Shown piece by piece: positions 1-9,502 of a stretch of 58,217 nucleotides of DNA. Where the stretch lies: the IMG/VR virus record IMGVR_UViG_3300048558_000101, positions 1 through 58,217 of that record. The stretch is one strand, 5' to 3'. The translations under genes were made by a program, and so were the position numbers. Positions within the stretch are counted from its first letter, which is position 1. Every line of letters starts with the position of its first letter. Source of the stretch: a virus. Its lineage: Duplodnaviria; Caudoviricetes. Below the pieces are notes generated by a model, which saw only the letters and a program-made list of their open reading frames with translations, ran no database searches and was not told the origin of the DNA.

Positions 1-1188
1 TCACGGATTTTCTTTTCTGTCCTTAATCTGTCCAACCTCTCCAAGGGCTGCTGCCGCGCGCTGCATTGAACCCGGTGTGTGGTGGGTATAGTGAAGTATC
101 AATTCCTTGGCGCTATGACCAGTGATTTGCCCGATGGTGTCAAAGTCCAAGCCTGCATTAACTAATCGCGTCGTTACTGTGTGACGCGCCGTATGAAGGA
201 CAATGCCATCAGGGTTCCGTTGTCCATAAGGTATTTCGCAAAGCTCGCACGCCTCGCGGAGAATTCGATAAAACTTCGGATTGATATTGCCACCTTTACT
301 GAAGACGTAAGCCAGTGGGCGGTCACCTTCCTTCTGGCGAGATTTCAGAATTAACTGTAACGGTTCTGTCAGTGGGATCTGCTTATAGCGATCCGTCTTT
401 CCCTGATAAATCAAAATCCGCCCCTGCGCCCAACTGACATCCTTCCACTGAAGCTTCATTATTTCCGAATGGCGCGCGCCGGTTAGCATTGCGAACTGAA
501 GAATATCAGCCACTCGGATTCGGGCTTCATAACCATTCCGCTGGTTTTGCTTTCGATTGCCATCAAGCGCACTTGGCGGTCGGGTCAGGCATTTGACGAG
601 TTTCTGATATTCATCATCAGTCAGCACACGCTCTCGCCGTGAGTTTTTGACTTTGGGATATGGAATTTTTGGCGGTCGCCATTGTGCGAGTTCTGGAAAG
701 AATTCTGGGGCCTGATGCAACATTGCGGCGATGATCACCAATTCGCGTTTGATGCTGGCTGGCGACTGGCCATCGTCGGCACGCTTTTTTGCGTAGAGCC
801 GGATTTCCGGCGTCCCAATGCTTCTGATTTGCCATTTACTGAAAACCTTCGCCACGTCGCGCTCTGACGCGTCCACGGTGGGATCAAGCAGCGCCAGCCA
901 TTCGATCAGTACACGCGTTTCTCGCGTCTTCTCGCTTGGCTTGGTGACGGTGCCCAGCCTGGCGCGGATGAGTTCAACCAGTAAGGGTTCATCAGCAGGA
1001 AGCGACAGGCCATGTTTTGAAGCTTTCACCTTTCCCAGAAGAACGCCTAATGCTTCTATGGCTTCGTCTTTTGTGTCGAAGTCAAAGACGCGCAGACGCT
1101 GTTTTTTCTTTTTGCCCGGCACCGCAACCCAGATGTCATAGCCCCAGACATCCCTGCCTTTGCGAGCGCGCCATTCTTTTTTGATCAT
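1..1188 (-). CDS. int: Tyrosine recombinase (phage integrase)
   Basis: Catalytic motifs LTGARHSE (R), QGKT (K), HTARH (HxxR), GH and HYT; N-terminal arm-binding-like region. Confidence 0.93.
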   Translation of the reverse strand: MIKKEWRARKGRDVWGYDIWVAVPGKKKKQRLRVFDFDTKDEAIEALGVLLGKVKASKHGLSLPADEPLLVELIRARLGTVTKPSEKTRETRVLIEWLALLDPTVDASERDVAKVFSKWQIRSIGTPEIRLYAKKRADDGQSPASIKRELVIIAAMLHQAPEFFPELAQWRPPKIPYPKVKNSRRERVLTDDEYQKLVKCLTRPPSALDGNRKQNQRNGYEARIRVADILQFAMLTGARHSEIMKLQWKDVSWAQGRILIYQGKTDRYKQIPLTEPLQLILKSRQKEGDRPLAYVFSKGGNINPKFYRILREACELCEIPYGQRNPDGIVLHTARHTVTTRLVNAGLDFDTIGQITGHSAKELILHYTHHTPGSMQRAAAALGEVGQIKDRKENP

Positions 1189-1211
1189 GGACTTCTCTTA
1201 GTAGAGGCAAG

Positions 1212-1649
1212 CTAAATGTTCCAATACTCCAGCAGCGTCTGCCGGAATTTGATCAGCCATGGTGGATAGCCATACTCCTTGGCAGTTTCGCCGATCCATC
1301 CTTCATTAAGCCAGGTGCGCGGGATCATTGCGCAGGCCGCAAAGGCGTTCGCCTCAAGCTCCACTGTTTTATTCAAACCCAAGAAGAATTGAATCCGCTG
1401 CGGGTGCAGGAAGTAATGGCCCATCTCGTGCCAAAGCGTATAGGTGCGATCAATGCCGCGCAGGTCGTCGCGGACGAAGATAAAGTTCTGCCCGTCAATT
1501 TTGATCGAATAGCCGGGCTGTTCAATCTGGGATTCGCGGACGCAGATCTTCCGCTCGTCGCAATAGTCCCAGAAATTGTCTTCGGTAAGCTGGCGGATAT
1601 TCCACCAGGGCGGCGCGTTTTTCTCGATCAGGCTTCGTCGCACAGGCAC
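1212..1649 (-). CDS. ImmA/IrrE-family metallopeptidase (probable anti-repressor)
   Basis: HEMGH zinc motif plus ELEANAFAA; adjacent to the integrase. Confidence 0.88.
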   Translation of the reverse strand: MPVRRSLIEKNAPPWWNIRQLTEDNFWDYCDERKICVRESQIEQPGYSIKIDGQNFIFVRDDLRGIDRTYTLWHEMGHYFLHPQRIQFFLGLNKTVELEANAFAACAMIPRTWLNEGWIGETAKEYGYPPWLIKFRQTLLEYWNI

Positions 1650-1662
1650 CTCAAATCAAACA

Positions 1663-2925
1663 CTAACAGGCTGTCATCACATCGCTCCAGCGCGTCGTGT
1701 ACGCCGGCGAGCGTCTTTCAGAGCGTGTTTCCCATACACCGCTGCTGGGCCAAATACCGCAGCGGATAGTATCCTTCCCGAATCTTTCATTGATCGTGTC
1801 GAGTGCGGCCATCAGGCGCCGCTGGAGTTCGCAGGACGCGCTCTCCCATAGTCTTTGCGGCGCGGTGTCCGCAGGTTGAAGTTTATTCAATAACACGCCC
1901 GCTTTGCGTATGGCAAAGCCAGGCCGGTAAGTTTCAGAAAGTGCCCGCTGCGCCAGCGCTATCAGTTCAATCGTGCTGTTCGACATTGGCCCGATTCGTA
2001 ACGTTCTGGCGCTAGAGTATTGCGGCGCATCTTTTTTGAATCGGTCGGTGGTAATGAAGACGGTCATCTCGCCGGCAATAAGATCGTGCTCGCGCAGCTT
2101 TTCGGAGACGCGCGCCGTGAAGTGGGCGACGGCTGCGCGAATCTCTGTCAGGCTATTGGTCTCGGCGCCGAAGGAACGAGAGCAGCAAATCTGCTTCTTT
2201 GTGGGCGGCGTCGGCTGGAAAGGAATACACTGGACGCCGCGCAGCTCCAATTGCGTGCGCGCGCCCGTAACCGTGAATCGCTGGCGGATCCAGCGTTCGT
2301 CCGCGTCCCGGAATTGCAGGGCATTGGTGATGCCTTTCCATTCCAGCTTGGCCGCACCGCGATGGCCGATGCCCCAAATATCCGCAACGGCAATGCGCCG
2401 CAGAGCTTCATCCAGGTAAGGCGAATCAGTGAGGTCGAGCACGCCCCCTGTCTTCGCTGAAGTTTTGGCCAACTCCATTGCGACCTTGGCTAATGTCTTC
2501 GTCTTTCCAAAGCCGACAGAGACGGGCAGTCCCGTCAGGCCGCGCACCATCTCTCGCATTTCGTGGCCGGTGGTGGTGAGCGTCTGCCTTGCATGCGGCA
2601 TCTTCATCCACACTTCATCAATGGAGTAATGTTCGATGTCGGGACTGAAGTCATAGAGCGCTGTTTGAAACCGCCATGACATATCGGCATAGAGTTCGTA
2701 GTTGGATGACAGGATTGCGGCGTTGTGATTTTCAAGCTTCCTCCTGCATTCAAAAAACGGCTGGCCCATCTTTATGCCAAGCGACTTTGCTTCCTTACTG
2801 CGTGCCACAACATTGCCGTCGTTATTGGACAAGACGACAACCGGGCGGCCTTTCAGCTTCGGTTCAAACACACGCTCTGCGCTGGCGTAAAAATTGTTCG
2901 CATCAATCAAGCCAATTGCGGCCAT
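1663..2925 (-). CDS. umuC: Y-family DNA polymerase, UmuC type
   Basis: [22 protein letters not shown]-terminal SPAYTTRW; start moved to ATG 2925 behind a GAGGGGG RBS. Confidence 0.93.
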   Translation of the reverse strand: MAAIGLIDANNFYASAERVFEPKLKGRPVVVLSNNDGNVVARSKEAKSLGIKMGQPFFECRRKLENHNAAILSSNYELYADMSWRFQTALYDFSPDIEHYSIDEVWMKMPHARQTLTTTGHEMREMVRGLTGLPVSVGFGKTKTLAKVAMELAKTSAKTGGVLDLTDSPYLDEALRRIAVADIWGIGHRGAAKLEWKGITNALQFRDADERWIRQRFTVTGARTQLELRGVQCIPFQPTPPTKKQICCSRSFGAETNSLTEIRAAVAHFTARVSEKLREHDLIAGEMTVFITTDRFKKDAPQYSSARTLRIGPMSNSTIELIALAQRALSETYRPGFAIRKAGVLLNKLQPADTAPQRLWESASCELQRRLMAALDTINERFGKDTIRCGIWPSSGVWETRSERRSPAYTTRWSDVMTAC

Positions 2926-2935
2926 ACCGTCCCCC

Positions 2936-3319
2936 TCACACAGCGACGTGCGCCTGCGTTTTGGTTTTCGGAAAGCAGGTGATCGAACAGAGCACCACGC
3001 CAAACAACTCGACGGATTCATTGATTTCTATTTCGCGCTGGCCGGGCGCGGAGAGATAGAATCTGCCGGCGTGCTGAGTGAATTGGCGAATGATGCGCTG
3101 GCCTTGGTAGAAGGCGAGCACGATGCTACCTGGCGGGAAGTAAAGAACGCGCTCGACAGCTAACAGGTCGCCGTCGTTGATGCCGACGCCAGTCATCGCA
3201 TCGCCAGTGAAGCGGACTGGAAACGTTGCGAGCGGACGGCGGATCAATAAAGAATCCAGACTCAATGGCGGTTGAGCATACTCCTCCGCCGGTGATGGAA
3301 ATCCTGTCAAACGGTGCAT
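2936..3319 (-). CDS. umuD: UmuD'-like subunit lacking the N-terminal arm and Ser/Lys dyad
   Basis: [24 protein letters not shown]; GGAGG RBS upstream of ATG 3319; directly upstream of umuC. Confidence 0.85.
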   Translation of the reverse strand: MHRLTGFPSPAEEYAQPPLSLDSLLIRRPLATFPVRFTGDAMTGVGINDGDLLAVERVLYFPPGSIVLAFYQGQRIIRQFTQHAGRFYLSAPGQREIEINESVELFGVVLCSITCFPKTKTQAHVAV

Positions 3320-3505
3320 CGAAAACCTCCCACGGGATACACGTATCCCAGGTATCGGCGACGTGACGGGGCGCACGCCGGGCATTAGTTGGTTGTCAGG
3401 TGATGGCTGACTCTGACGGTAAATTTAGCTTTTTGATTTAACCTGCCCGCACCACTTGAATTGATAGAACGAAGGGAATGGGTGTGTGGTTTAACTGTCC
3501 CTCGA

Positions 3506-4570
3506 TTAACGACCTTGATTGCCATTGCACGCCAGCAGCAAGCGTCTACTGTTCTCAGCTATGCTCGCCTCATAGGTTTTTGCCTGCTTCAGGGGCTTCT
3601 CCAGGCGATTGATTAACTCTCCATTTTTCTGCACCAACCTCTTCATCTCCTCAAACCCAGTAAACCCCCGTTCGATGCTGCTGTATTTTTTGGCAAATGA
3701 CTGCATCGCTGCACTACTCTGATCTAGCCCAATCCGCTTGTTTTCAAGGTCAGAAATAGCTTGAGAGAGATGGTTCGACGGGCTTGCATTTTTATTCATG
3801 CTGACCATGTCCTTCAAAGATTTAACAGCAAAATCCAGCGATTTTCTTCTGTCTGTACTATCGCGTAACTGCTTATTAAGATTTGACCTTACTTCATTAG
3901 GTAAAGATTGCTCCTTTAATACATTTTCAAGCGTACCTTGCAGTTCAAATTGAGACGATTGTTGCTGAGCTACTATTGCGGCGACGTCTACCAGAGTGCC
4001 TGAGTTGCCGATGATGCAGTCAGTTGTGTTGATGCTTTTGAGGGTGGAAATAGTCTCGACTAGGATCTCAAGAATGCGCTGATGCCTAAGTGGATCAGTG
4101 GTAAGTTCAACCCCTATCTTTTTCATTTCTTCGACCGCCTGGTCAATACGCGCAGTCGCGGATAAAATTTGAGCGCTGCTCTGGCCGAGGCCGATCTGAA
4201 GTCCTTGCCCTTGCTCTATCTCGCTGAGCAGCCCAGACAATAACTTTTCTTGTTGAATTGAGTATTGACTGAGGTCTATTGGTGTCGCCGCTGATGGCGT
4301 TGTCGCTGGAGTTGCCTCTACTGTTCTCTGCTTATAAGTCCTAAGCTCGGCCTCTGCCGCAAGTAGCCGTTTCTGGTAATTTGCGGAAGCGAAACTCACC
4401 ATGGAAAACAAGACAAGGGTAACGACCACGGGAATTGAGACGAGCAAGCGTGAGCGCTTTTTTCTGCTCTGCCGGTGTAGCTTTATTTCTCGCAAAAGGT
4501 TATCAAGTTCTCGTTCGACTTCTGGCTCGTTGTTTGGATTCGGTAGAGGTTCATTCATTTCGATAGGCAT
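3506..4570 (-). CDS. Membrane-anchored coiled-coil protein (moron)
   Basis: One hydrophobic segment after a basic patch, followed by a long heptad-rich region; lower GC. Confidence 0.75.
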   Translation of the reverse strand: MPIEMNEPLPNPNNEPEVERELDNLLREIKLHRQSRKKRSRLLVSIPVVVTLVLFSMVSFASANYQKRLLAAEAELRTYKQRTVEATPATTPSAATPIDLSQYSIQQEKLLSGLLSEIEQGQGLQIGLGQSSAQILSATARIDQAVEEMKKIGVELTTDPLRHQRILEILVETISTLKSINTTDCIIGNSGTLVDVAAIVAQQQSSQFELQGTLENVLKEQSLPNEVRSNLNKQLRDSTDRRKSLDFAVKSLKDMVSMNKNASPSNHLSQAISDLENKRIGLDQSSAAMQSFAKKYSSIERGFTGFEEMKRLVQKNGELINRLEKPLKQAKTYEASIAENSRRLLLACNGNQGR

Positions 4571-4571
4571 A

Positions 4572-4979
4572 TTAACACCCCTTTAGTAGGTCAACGGCTT
4601 CGCTGCACTTCTTCTGGATGCGCTCCAAACTACCTTCCGGCACATTCTCTTCATCTCTGATATTGCTGATGTTCGCGAGCAACTTCTCGCAGAACATCAT
4701 TCTGTCTTTACGGTTGAGTATCTCTTTTACCGGGTACGTGGTGGCCGCGGTGGAGATTAATCCTAAGCCGAGCACGGTGAAGATAGGAACGAACTTGTCG
4801 AGGCCGTTAAGGTCTTTGTATTTATAGAGCATCCAAAAAAGCCCGCCAAGGATGCACGTAGCACCAAAGCTAAGCAACATCCACCTTGAGAGACGGTATT
4901 GCCGCAGAGTTCGGCCCTGACTGCGCAGTACATCTTTGACGTCTTGCTCTTCATCTTGTAACAGTTGTTTACTCATCAT
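4572..4979 (-). CDS. Two-transmembrane protein (moron)
   Basis: Two hydrophobic helices; GGAGA RBS; coupled to the downstream gene. Confidence 0.75.
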   Translation of the reverse strand: MMSKQLLQDEEQDVKDVLRSQGRTLRQYRLSRWMLLSFGATCILGGLFWMLYKYKDLNGLDKFVPIFTVLGLGLISTAATTYPVKEILNRKDRMMFCEKLLANISNIRDEENVPEGSLERIQKKCSEAVDLLKGC

Positions 4980-5470
4980 CTCTCCGAGTAAGCCGTAAGC
5001 TATAAAATTAAAGTTTTAGCTTCTCTTCACCCGGCTGGCCGCAACCGGATACCACTACTGCCTATGTGAGTGAGAGCGTTAGCCGCTCTTCTTGTTAGTC
5101 CGGACACGACACCTTGTGCCACTCTCGTGTTAAGCCGTTTCTCTGAAGCACCCTCCTGCCTACTCTTTAACCAGCTTTTCGATTACGAGAAATGAGGCGG
5201 CTCGCTTAATTCCACCGCCATCCAGATTGATCTGGTAACGGTAGCCCTGATAGACAAGCTCATGCTTCGACCCTCGGATGGCATAGTCTTTAGGAAAACT
5301 CAACGAGCCAGGGCCCGTGGTCGAACCAGAGGTGTCTTCATTAAGCGTCAGGCCTACGACGTACACGCCGGTGACGGCCAGCTTTCCATTAAAATAGAGA
5401 TCACCTCTTGGCGTAATGTTACTCTTTCGGGGTTTTGTTCTGCTTCCTTAAACCTGCCAGCCGGCCTATC

Positions 5471-5929
5471 TCACGGTCGAGCTTTCTCAATAGCTACAGG
5501 CTTGCTGTAAATACTCATAATCCCCATGTGCGGACCTGAGATCGTAATGACCTTTATGTACGCCTGAAGTCGCCCTGATTTTTCATCAAGCATGAGGTCG
5601 TTGTCGCCGTCCTTTAGCTCAATGAGCCATTCTGAGCCAGTCGGGTTTCCTTCTCGATCTTTATAGGACAGGTCAACATAGAGCTGCTTTTCGTCAACGC
5701 TGTGTACGCTCTTCAGATCATCCTCAAGCAAGAAGACATCAACGCTCACAACCTCGCGTTCGTGATTACTTAAAAACTCATCAAGCTTTTTCCTGTCGGC
5801 CTTACTCCGCAGAACTATACTGATTTGCGGCATTGCCTTTTTTGTCGGCACTGGCTTTCGTGCAGGCCTCTGAGCAACACCGGCAACGGGTAGCAGCGCC
5901 AGCAATATCAAAACACCAATGACTTTCAT
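5471..5929 (-). CDS. Secreted or periplasmic hypothetical protein
   Basis: Signal peptide MKVIGVLILLALLPVAGVA; GGAGG RBS. Confidence 0.75.
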   Translation of the reverse strand: MKVIGVLILLALLPVAGVAQRPARKPVPTKKAMPQISIVLRSKADRKKLDEFLSNHEREVVSVDVFLLEDDLKSVHSVDEKQLYVDLSYKDREGNPTGSEWLIELKDGDNDLMLDEKSGRLQAYIKVITISGPHMGIMSIYSKPVAIEKARP

Positions 5930-5953
5930 CGGCTGAACCTCCGGGGCACAAGG

Positions 5954-6571
5954 TTACTTTTTCGGGGTCTTGTCGTCGTCTTCTTCCTCAATTACTTCAA
6001 TATCACCATTCTCAACCAGCGACCGTTCCATCGCTTCCTTGTCTTCCGGAGTGGCCGGCTTGCCTTCTCGACCGTGCGCCACGTCGAAGGCTTCGTTCAG
6101 CCGCTCGCGGGTGACGGGCTTCTTCAGGCCGCCGGAGTTATGAACGGTCTGCTTCCTGTCCGCATCCAAATTCGCGCCTTTCGTGCCTGATGCATGGCGG
6201 TGGTAGAGGGTTTCAATTACAGCCAACGCGTCTTTCTGACGAGCTTCGGGGAGCTGGGAGTAGAGCCAGGCTAGGCGACTTGCTGATTCCACATCGCTTG
6301 AAGTTGAAGTCGTGCTAGAAGATTGTGATTCTTCAGTTGGCACACCGAACGCCATATCCACGGCGGTCTGCGGCTTCTCGCCAAGTGCGACGGCAATCAG
6401 AATGACGGTCGGTCTTTTCGTACTACGGCCCTTTTCGATTCTGTATATCGTTTGCCTGTCCTTACCGATTTTATCGCCAAGATCTTCTTGGCGCATTCCC
6501 AGGGCATCGCGCTTTTGTTGCACCCAGTGACCGAACCTTACCCAATTGTCATTAGCTTTCTTGCCTGCCAT
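5954..6571 (-). CDS. CI-like XRE helix-turn-helix repressor without an S24 peptidase domain
   Basis: GMRQEDLGDKIGKDRQTIYRIEKG HTH; divergent from a cro-like gene; likely start MAGKK at 6571. Confidence 0.85.
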   Translation of the reverse strand: MAGKKANDNWVRFGHWVQQKRDALGMRQEDLGDKIGKDRQTIYRIEKGRSTKRPTVILIAVALGEKPQTAVDMAFGVPTEESQSSSTTSTSSDVESASRLAWLYSQLPEARQKDALAVIETLYHRHASGTKGANLDADRKQTVHNSGGLKKPVTRERLNEAFDVAHGREGKPATPEDKEAMERSLVENGDIEVIEEEDDDKTPKK

Positions 6572-6665
6572 TGCGACATCAAATGTCGCATAAGATTGCT
6601 CGACATTACAATCTACGTTTATGTGACATTTTTTGTTGATTGTGTTCATAGTCTGCTGGTATGAT
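6572..6665. promoter_or_regulatory. Immunity switch: operator(s) and rightward promoter
   Basis: Perfect inverted repeat TGCGACAT-caa-ATGTCGCA (6572-6590); half-site TGTGACAT at 6622; TTGATT-18-TATGAT (6636-6665). Confidence 0.7.
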
Positions 6666-6672
6666 CTAGGTC

Positions 6673-6924
6673 ATGAATTCTCAACATTACGATTGCGAAC
6701 ACCTGAAGAGCCTTCGCGAGGCTAAAGGGTTGACGCAAAAGCAGGTCGGAGAGGCATTGGACATTGACCGCCAAACGGTCTTTCGCGCAGAATCCGGTGT
6801 AAGTGCCAGCTATGAACTACTTTGCGCCCTTGCTGACTTGTATGAAGTCGAGGTCGTAAGCCTGCTTTATCCACACCCTCTTACTGCGTCAGCCTCCACC
6901 GCCATTTCTTTGTCTGTCGTGTGA
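6673..6924 (+). CDS. Cro-like XRE helix-turn-helix protein
   Basis: LREAKGLTQKQVGEALDIDRQTVFRAESG. Confidence 0.88.
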   Translation: MNSQHYDCEHLKSLREAKGLTQKQVGEALDIDRQTVFRAESGVSASYELLCALADLYEVEVVSLLYPHPLTASASTAISLSVV

Positions 6925-6963
6925 CATTTTTAGTTGACTACAATGTGACATATTGCGTATACT
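6920..6963 (+). promoter_or_regulatory. Second rightward sigma70 promoter overlapped by TGTGACAT half-sites
   Basis: TTGACT (6934)-18-TATACT (6958); TGTGACAT at 6920 and 6944. Confidence 0.7.
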
Positions 6964-6969
6964 CGTAGA

Positions 6970-7332
6970 GTGATGAAAAGTCAGAAGCTTTCAACTAATC
7001 CCTTCAAGTTCTCTGGACGTCCATCGCCCAAGCTCATCCCGCACACAAAGGCGGCGGGACTAATGAGTGTGCCGGAATACCGTCTGCGCGCCCGAAACGA
7101 AAAAGGGAGCTGGAAGAATTATCCAGAGCTTGGCCGTTGGCAGGAAGCGCCCGGCACGACGATTTGGTTGTCGGAAGAGCAAGTTGAAAAGTGGGTTGCG
7201 AATCGCAACAAGGTTTTCGAGGAAGCGGAAAAACAAGCTTTCCAATTTCCAGCAGTAGAGATTGCACAAGAGTACCGCAGGCGCGGCTGGGATAAGGCTG
7301 CCGCCACGCTTGAACGATTTGGTCTTGCATGA
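6970..7332 (+). CDS. Hypothetical early protein, possibly excisionase-like DNA binder
   Basis: ORF directly after the promoter; position and WLSEEQVEKW segment are suggestive only. Confidence 0.6.
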   Translation: MMKSQKLSTNPFKFSGRPSPKLIPHTKAAGLMSVPEYRLRARNEKGSWKNYPELGRWQEAPGTTIWLSEEQVEKWVANRNKVFEEAEKQAFQFPAVEIAQEYRRRGWDKAAATLERFGLA

Positions 7333-8089
7333 GATTCCGCCGGTACTGGCGGGATGCGGGCGAGGCGGCCTTTACGACCGCCTCAAATCAAAAACAACTG
7401 CTGCGGAGGAGCGGTTGTTGATCCAACCGGGCCGGTGTGGAAGCTGGCCCGGTCATTCAAAGCTTATCAAAGTTCAGATGAGTAATTCAACGTTTTATAT
7501 GGTAGGTGCCGCACTCCTTCTTGTAGCGCCCCGCGTTGTTCACGGACATCGCTGGTGGCGCACGTTGGATGCTGCGAGTCATACCGATGACCAATGACTT
7601 TGATTGCAGCGGCCACGATGCAGAGTGCAGTGGCTGCGCACGCCGGACAGGTTTCTTGGGGAGATCTCCTGTCCGGCTCTGATATTTGACGAAATACCCA
7701 ATGCAACGATGGCCGCGTGTTGGCTGGCAGAGGCTTTTTTTATAACGATTAAAAGCCTTATGCGCCGTGATGGTGGCACCAATCAACACAGACCAACATC
7801 GGAACTACGGCTGAAGATGATGGCAGGCATGCATAACGTTAATGCCAGGGCCGCAAGACCTGGTTTTGACGAGCGGGGTGTGAGCAGTGTCGTGGATTGC
7901 TCACATCCGCAGAAGGGCTGTTGCCCGGCGTAAATGGGCAGGCGGGGAGACCGTAACAATTGACTGGGCGGTCTCCCCATTCAACTTTTGAAATTTTCGT
8001 ATTGCAGGGTCAGGCCTGGTTCCGACCGAATCGGACAGCGGCAACGCTGAATTGATTAATGGCTCACTGGCGAGAGTTTCCCTGCATGT

Positions 8090-8162
8090 AGCGGCGTGGA
8101 GAAATAGGCATCTCGCAAGCCTCATTAGCTTGAGACTTCGGGTTCGAATCCCGACGCCGCAA
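8090..8162 (+). tRNA. tRNA with CAT anticodon, initiator (fMet)-like, no encoded CCA
   Basis: Cloverleaf: acceptor GCGGCG/CGCCGC with A1:A72 mismatch; D stem GAGA/TCTC; anticodon arm CAAGC-CTCATTA-GCTTG; T arm TCGGG-TTCGAAT-CCCGA. Confidence 0.88.
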
Positions 8163-8283
8163 TTATGGGATGCGGTCAGACCGTATAACGGTGGACTGTT
8201 GGCGGGGGAGGTCATGAACGAAACCGTCGGCATAAGTCGTGAAAGTGGCTGCTGCGAAAGCGTCACCATCCCACCGTTTCGAT

Positions 8284-8520
8284 ATGACTGAGACCGGATA
8301 CATCACTGACCCAGGATTGCTGCAGGAAGCCAGATTGCTGGTGGAACGTTTGCACCCGCACCGAATGAGTTTCAACGCGAACGCTTGCGGCTTTGTTGGT
8401 CAGATGAACGCGAAGTTTCGGCAGTACGGTAACGAGACCTTCGTCAGCGATGAGCAGCTCAACTGGCTGCGCATCCTGGAAAAGCAGTTGCCTGACGAAC
8501 GGCAACAATCGCTGTTTTAA
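8284..8520 (+). CDS. Small hypothetical protein ending in a QQSLF clamp-binding-like motif
   Basis: ORF from MTETG; SDEQLNWL segment; C-terminal QQSLF. Confidence 0.65.
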   Translation: MTETGYITDPGLLQEARLLVERLHPHRMSFNANACGFVGQMNAKFRQYGNETFVSDEQLNWLRILEKQLPDERQQSLF

Positions 8521-8585
8521 CAGTCTTGAGGCTTTGACCTTATCGAAGCGCAACGCGCGCATTTCATTCCAGGCATTAATGATCC

Positions 8586-8612
8586 GGGGGTGGTTTTCCA
8601 TCCCCACTTTTT
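8586..8612 (+). terminator. Intrinsic terminator
   Basis: GGGGGTGG-tttt-CCATCCCC followed by ACTTTTT. Confidence 0.5.
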
Positions 8613-8626
8613 CAGAGGTTGCAACG

Positions 8627-9076
8627 ATGCTTACCAAGAAATTACCGGTAATGCTCACGGACGAAGAGATCAGGCTAAGAGGTCAGGAACTGGCCAGTCT
8701 CACCAAACGATATGGGGAACTGGAGCGTGAGAAGAAAGAGAACGCCGATGTCTACAAGTCGCAATTGGAAACCTGCAAGCTACGGGCGACCAAGCTGACG
8801 GAAGAGATCACTTCAGGCCAGGAAGATCGCGACGTCCAGATCGAAGAGCGCAAAGACTGGGATCGGCAGCAGGTCTTAACGATCCGCCTTGACACGTACC
8901 AAACCGTGGACGTTCGCGCGATGACGCCGCAGGAACTGCGCAGGCCAATGGCTTTGCCATTCGGTCGCCCAGCGCGCAACGATGAAGAATCTCCAGAAAG
9001 CGTCGTCCAGACCGCTGAAGACACAGAAGCGCCGGAAGCCCATGAGCCACAGGAAGCTGTGGCATCCGGCCAATGA
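8627..9076 (+). CDS. Phage coiled-coil hypothetical protein
   Basis: LPVMLTDEE...RLDT...RAMTPQE pattern; GAGG RBS. Confidence 0.75.
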   Translation: MLTKKLPVMLTDEEIRLRGQELASLTKRYGELEREKKENADVYKSQLETCKLRATKLTEEITSGQEDRDVQIEERKDWDRQQVLTIRLDTYQTVDVRAMTPQELRRPMALPFGRPARNDEESPESVVQTAEDTEAPEAHEPQEAVASGQ

Positions 9077-9502
9077 TCGGTGGAAGGTAAGTCTTCCAAT
9101 TTCCCTCACATCAAATCGCCGGATGTCAGATTCCGGCCCGCCAAGCGTCTATCGCGGCATACAGCCATCAGGCTAGTGGCCGTTGACAGCAGGCTGGCGC
9201 GCGTCTGGGTATTTCATCGCGCGTCTTTCTGACAAAGATTTAAGCGGCTGGGGAGTGCCCGCCCAAGCTGCCGTCGCACCCCCTTGCGGCGCGGAAAAAT
9301 AATTCTCAGAAATCAACAAAATGCGGCGTCACCGTTTGGTGGTCTGGCGTAGCGGCCAGAGTGCAAGCGACGAATTACAGGAAAGCCTTTCTTGATCGCG
9401 TTGCCGCGTCTTCCACTGCTTGAAAAAGCTTGCACGGAACCGCTACAGCGCGTGCGCGCGATCAAGAAGGGCTTTTTTGTTTGTAGAGCGGGAAGAATTC
9501 AT

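Noticed and set aside
1-60. attL or attP site
   Set aside because: The window starts at the integrase stop codon, so flanking sequence and a second att copy are unavailable
3320-3505. LexA/SOS box upstream of umuD
   Set aside because: No convincing CTGT-N8-ACAG, GAAC-N4-GTTC or GTTC-N7-GTTC match; only a short GTCAG/CTGAC inverted repeat
5160-5366. Intact 68-aa gene
   Set aside because: No RBS, and the frame is closed by a stop shortly upstream; more likely a remnant
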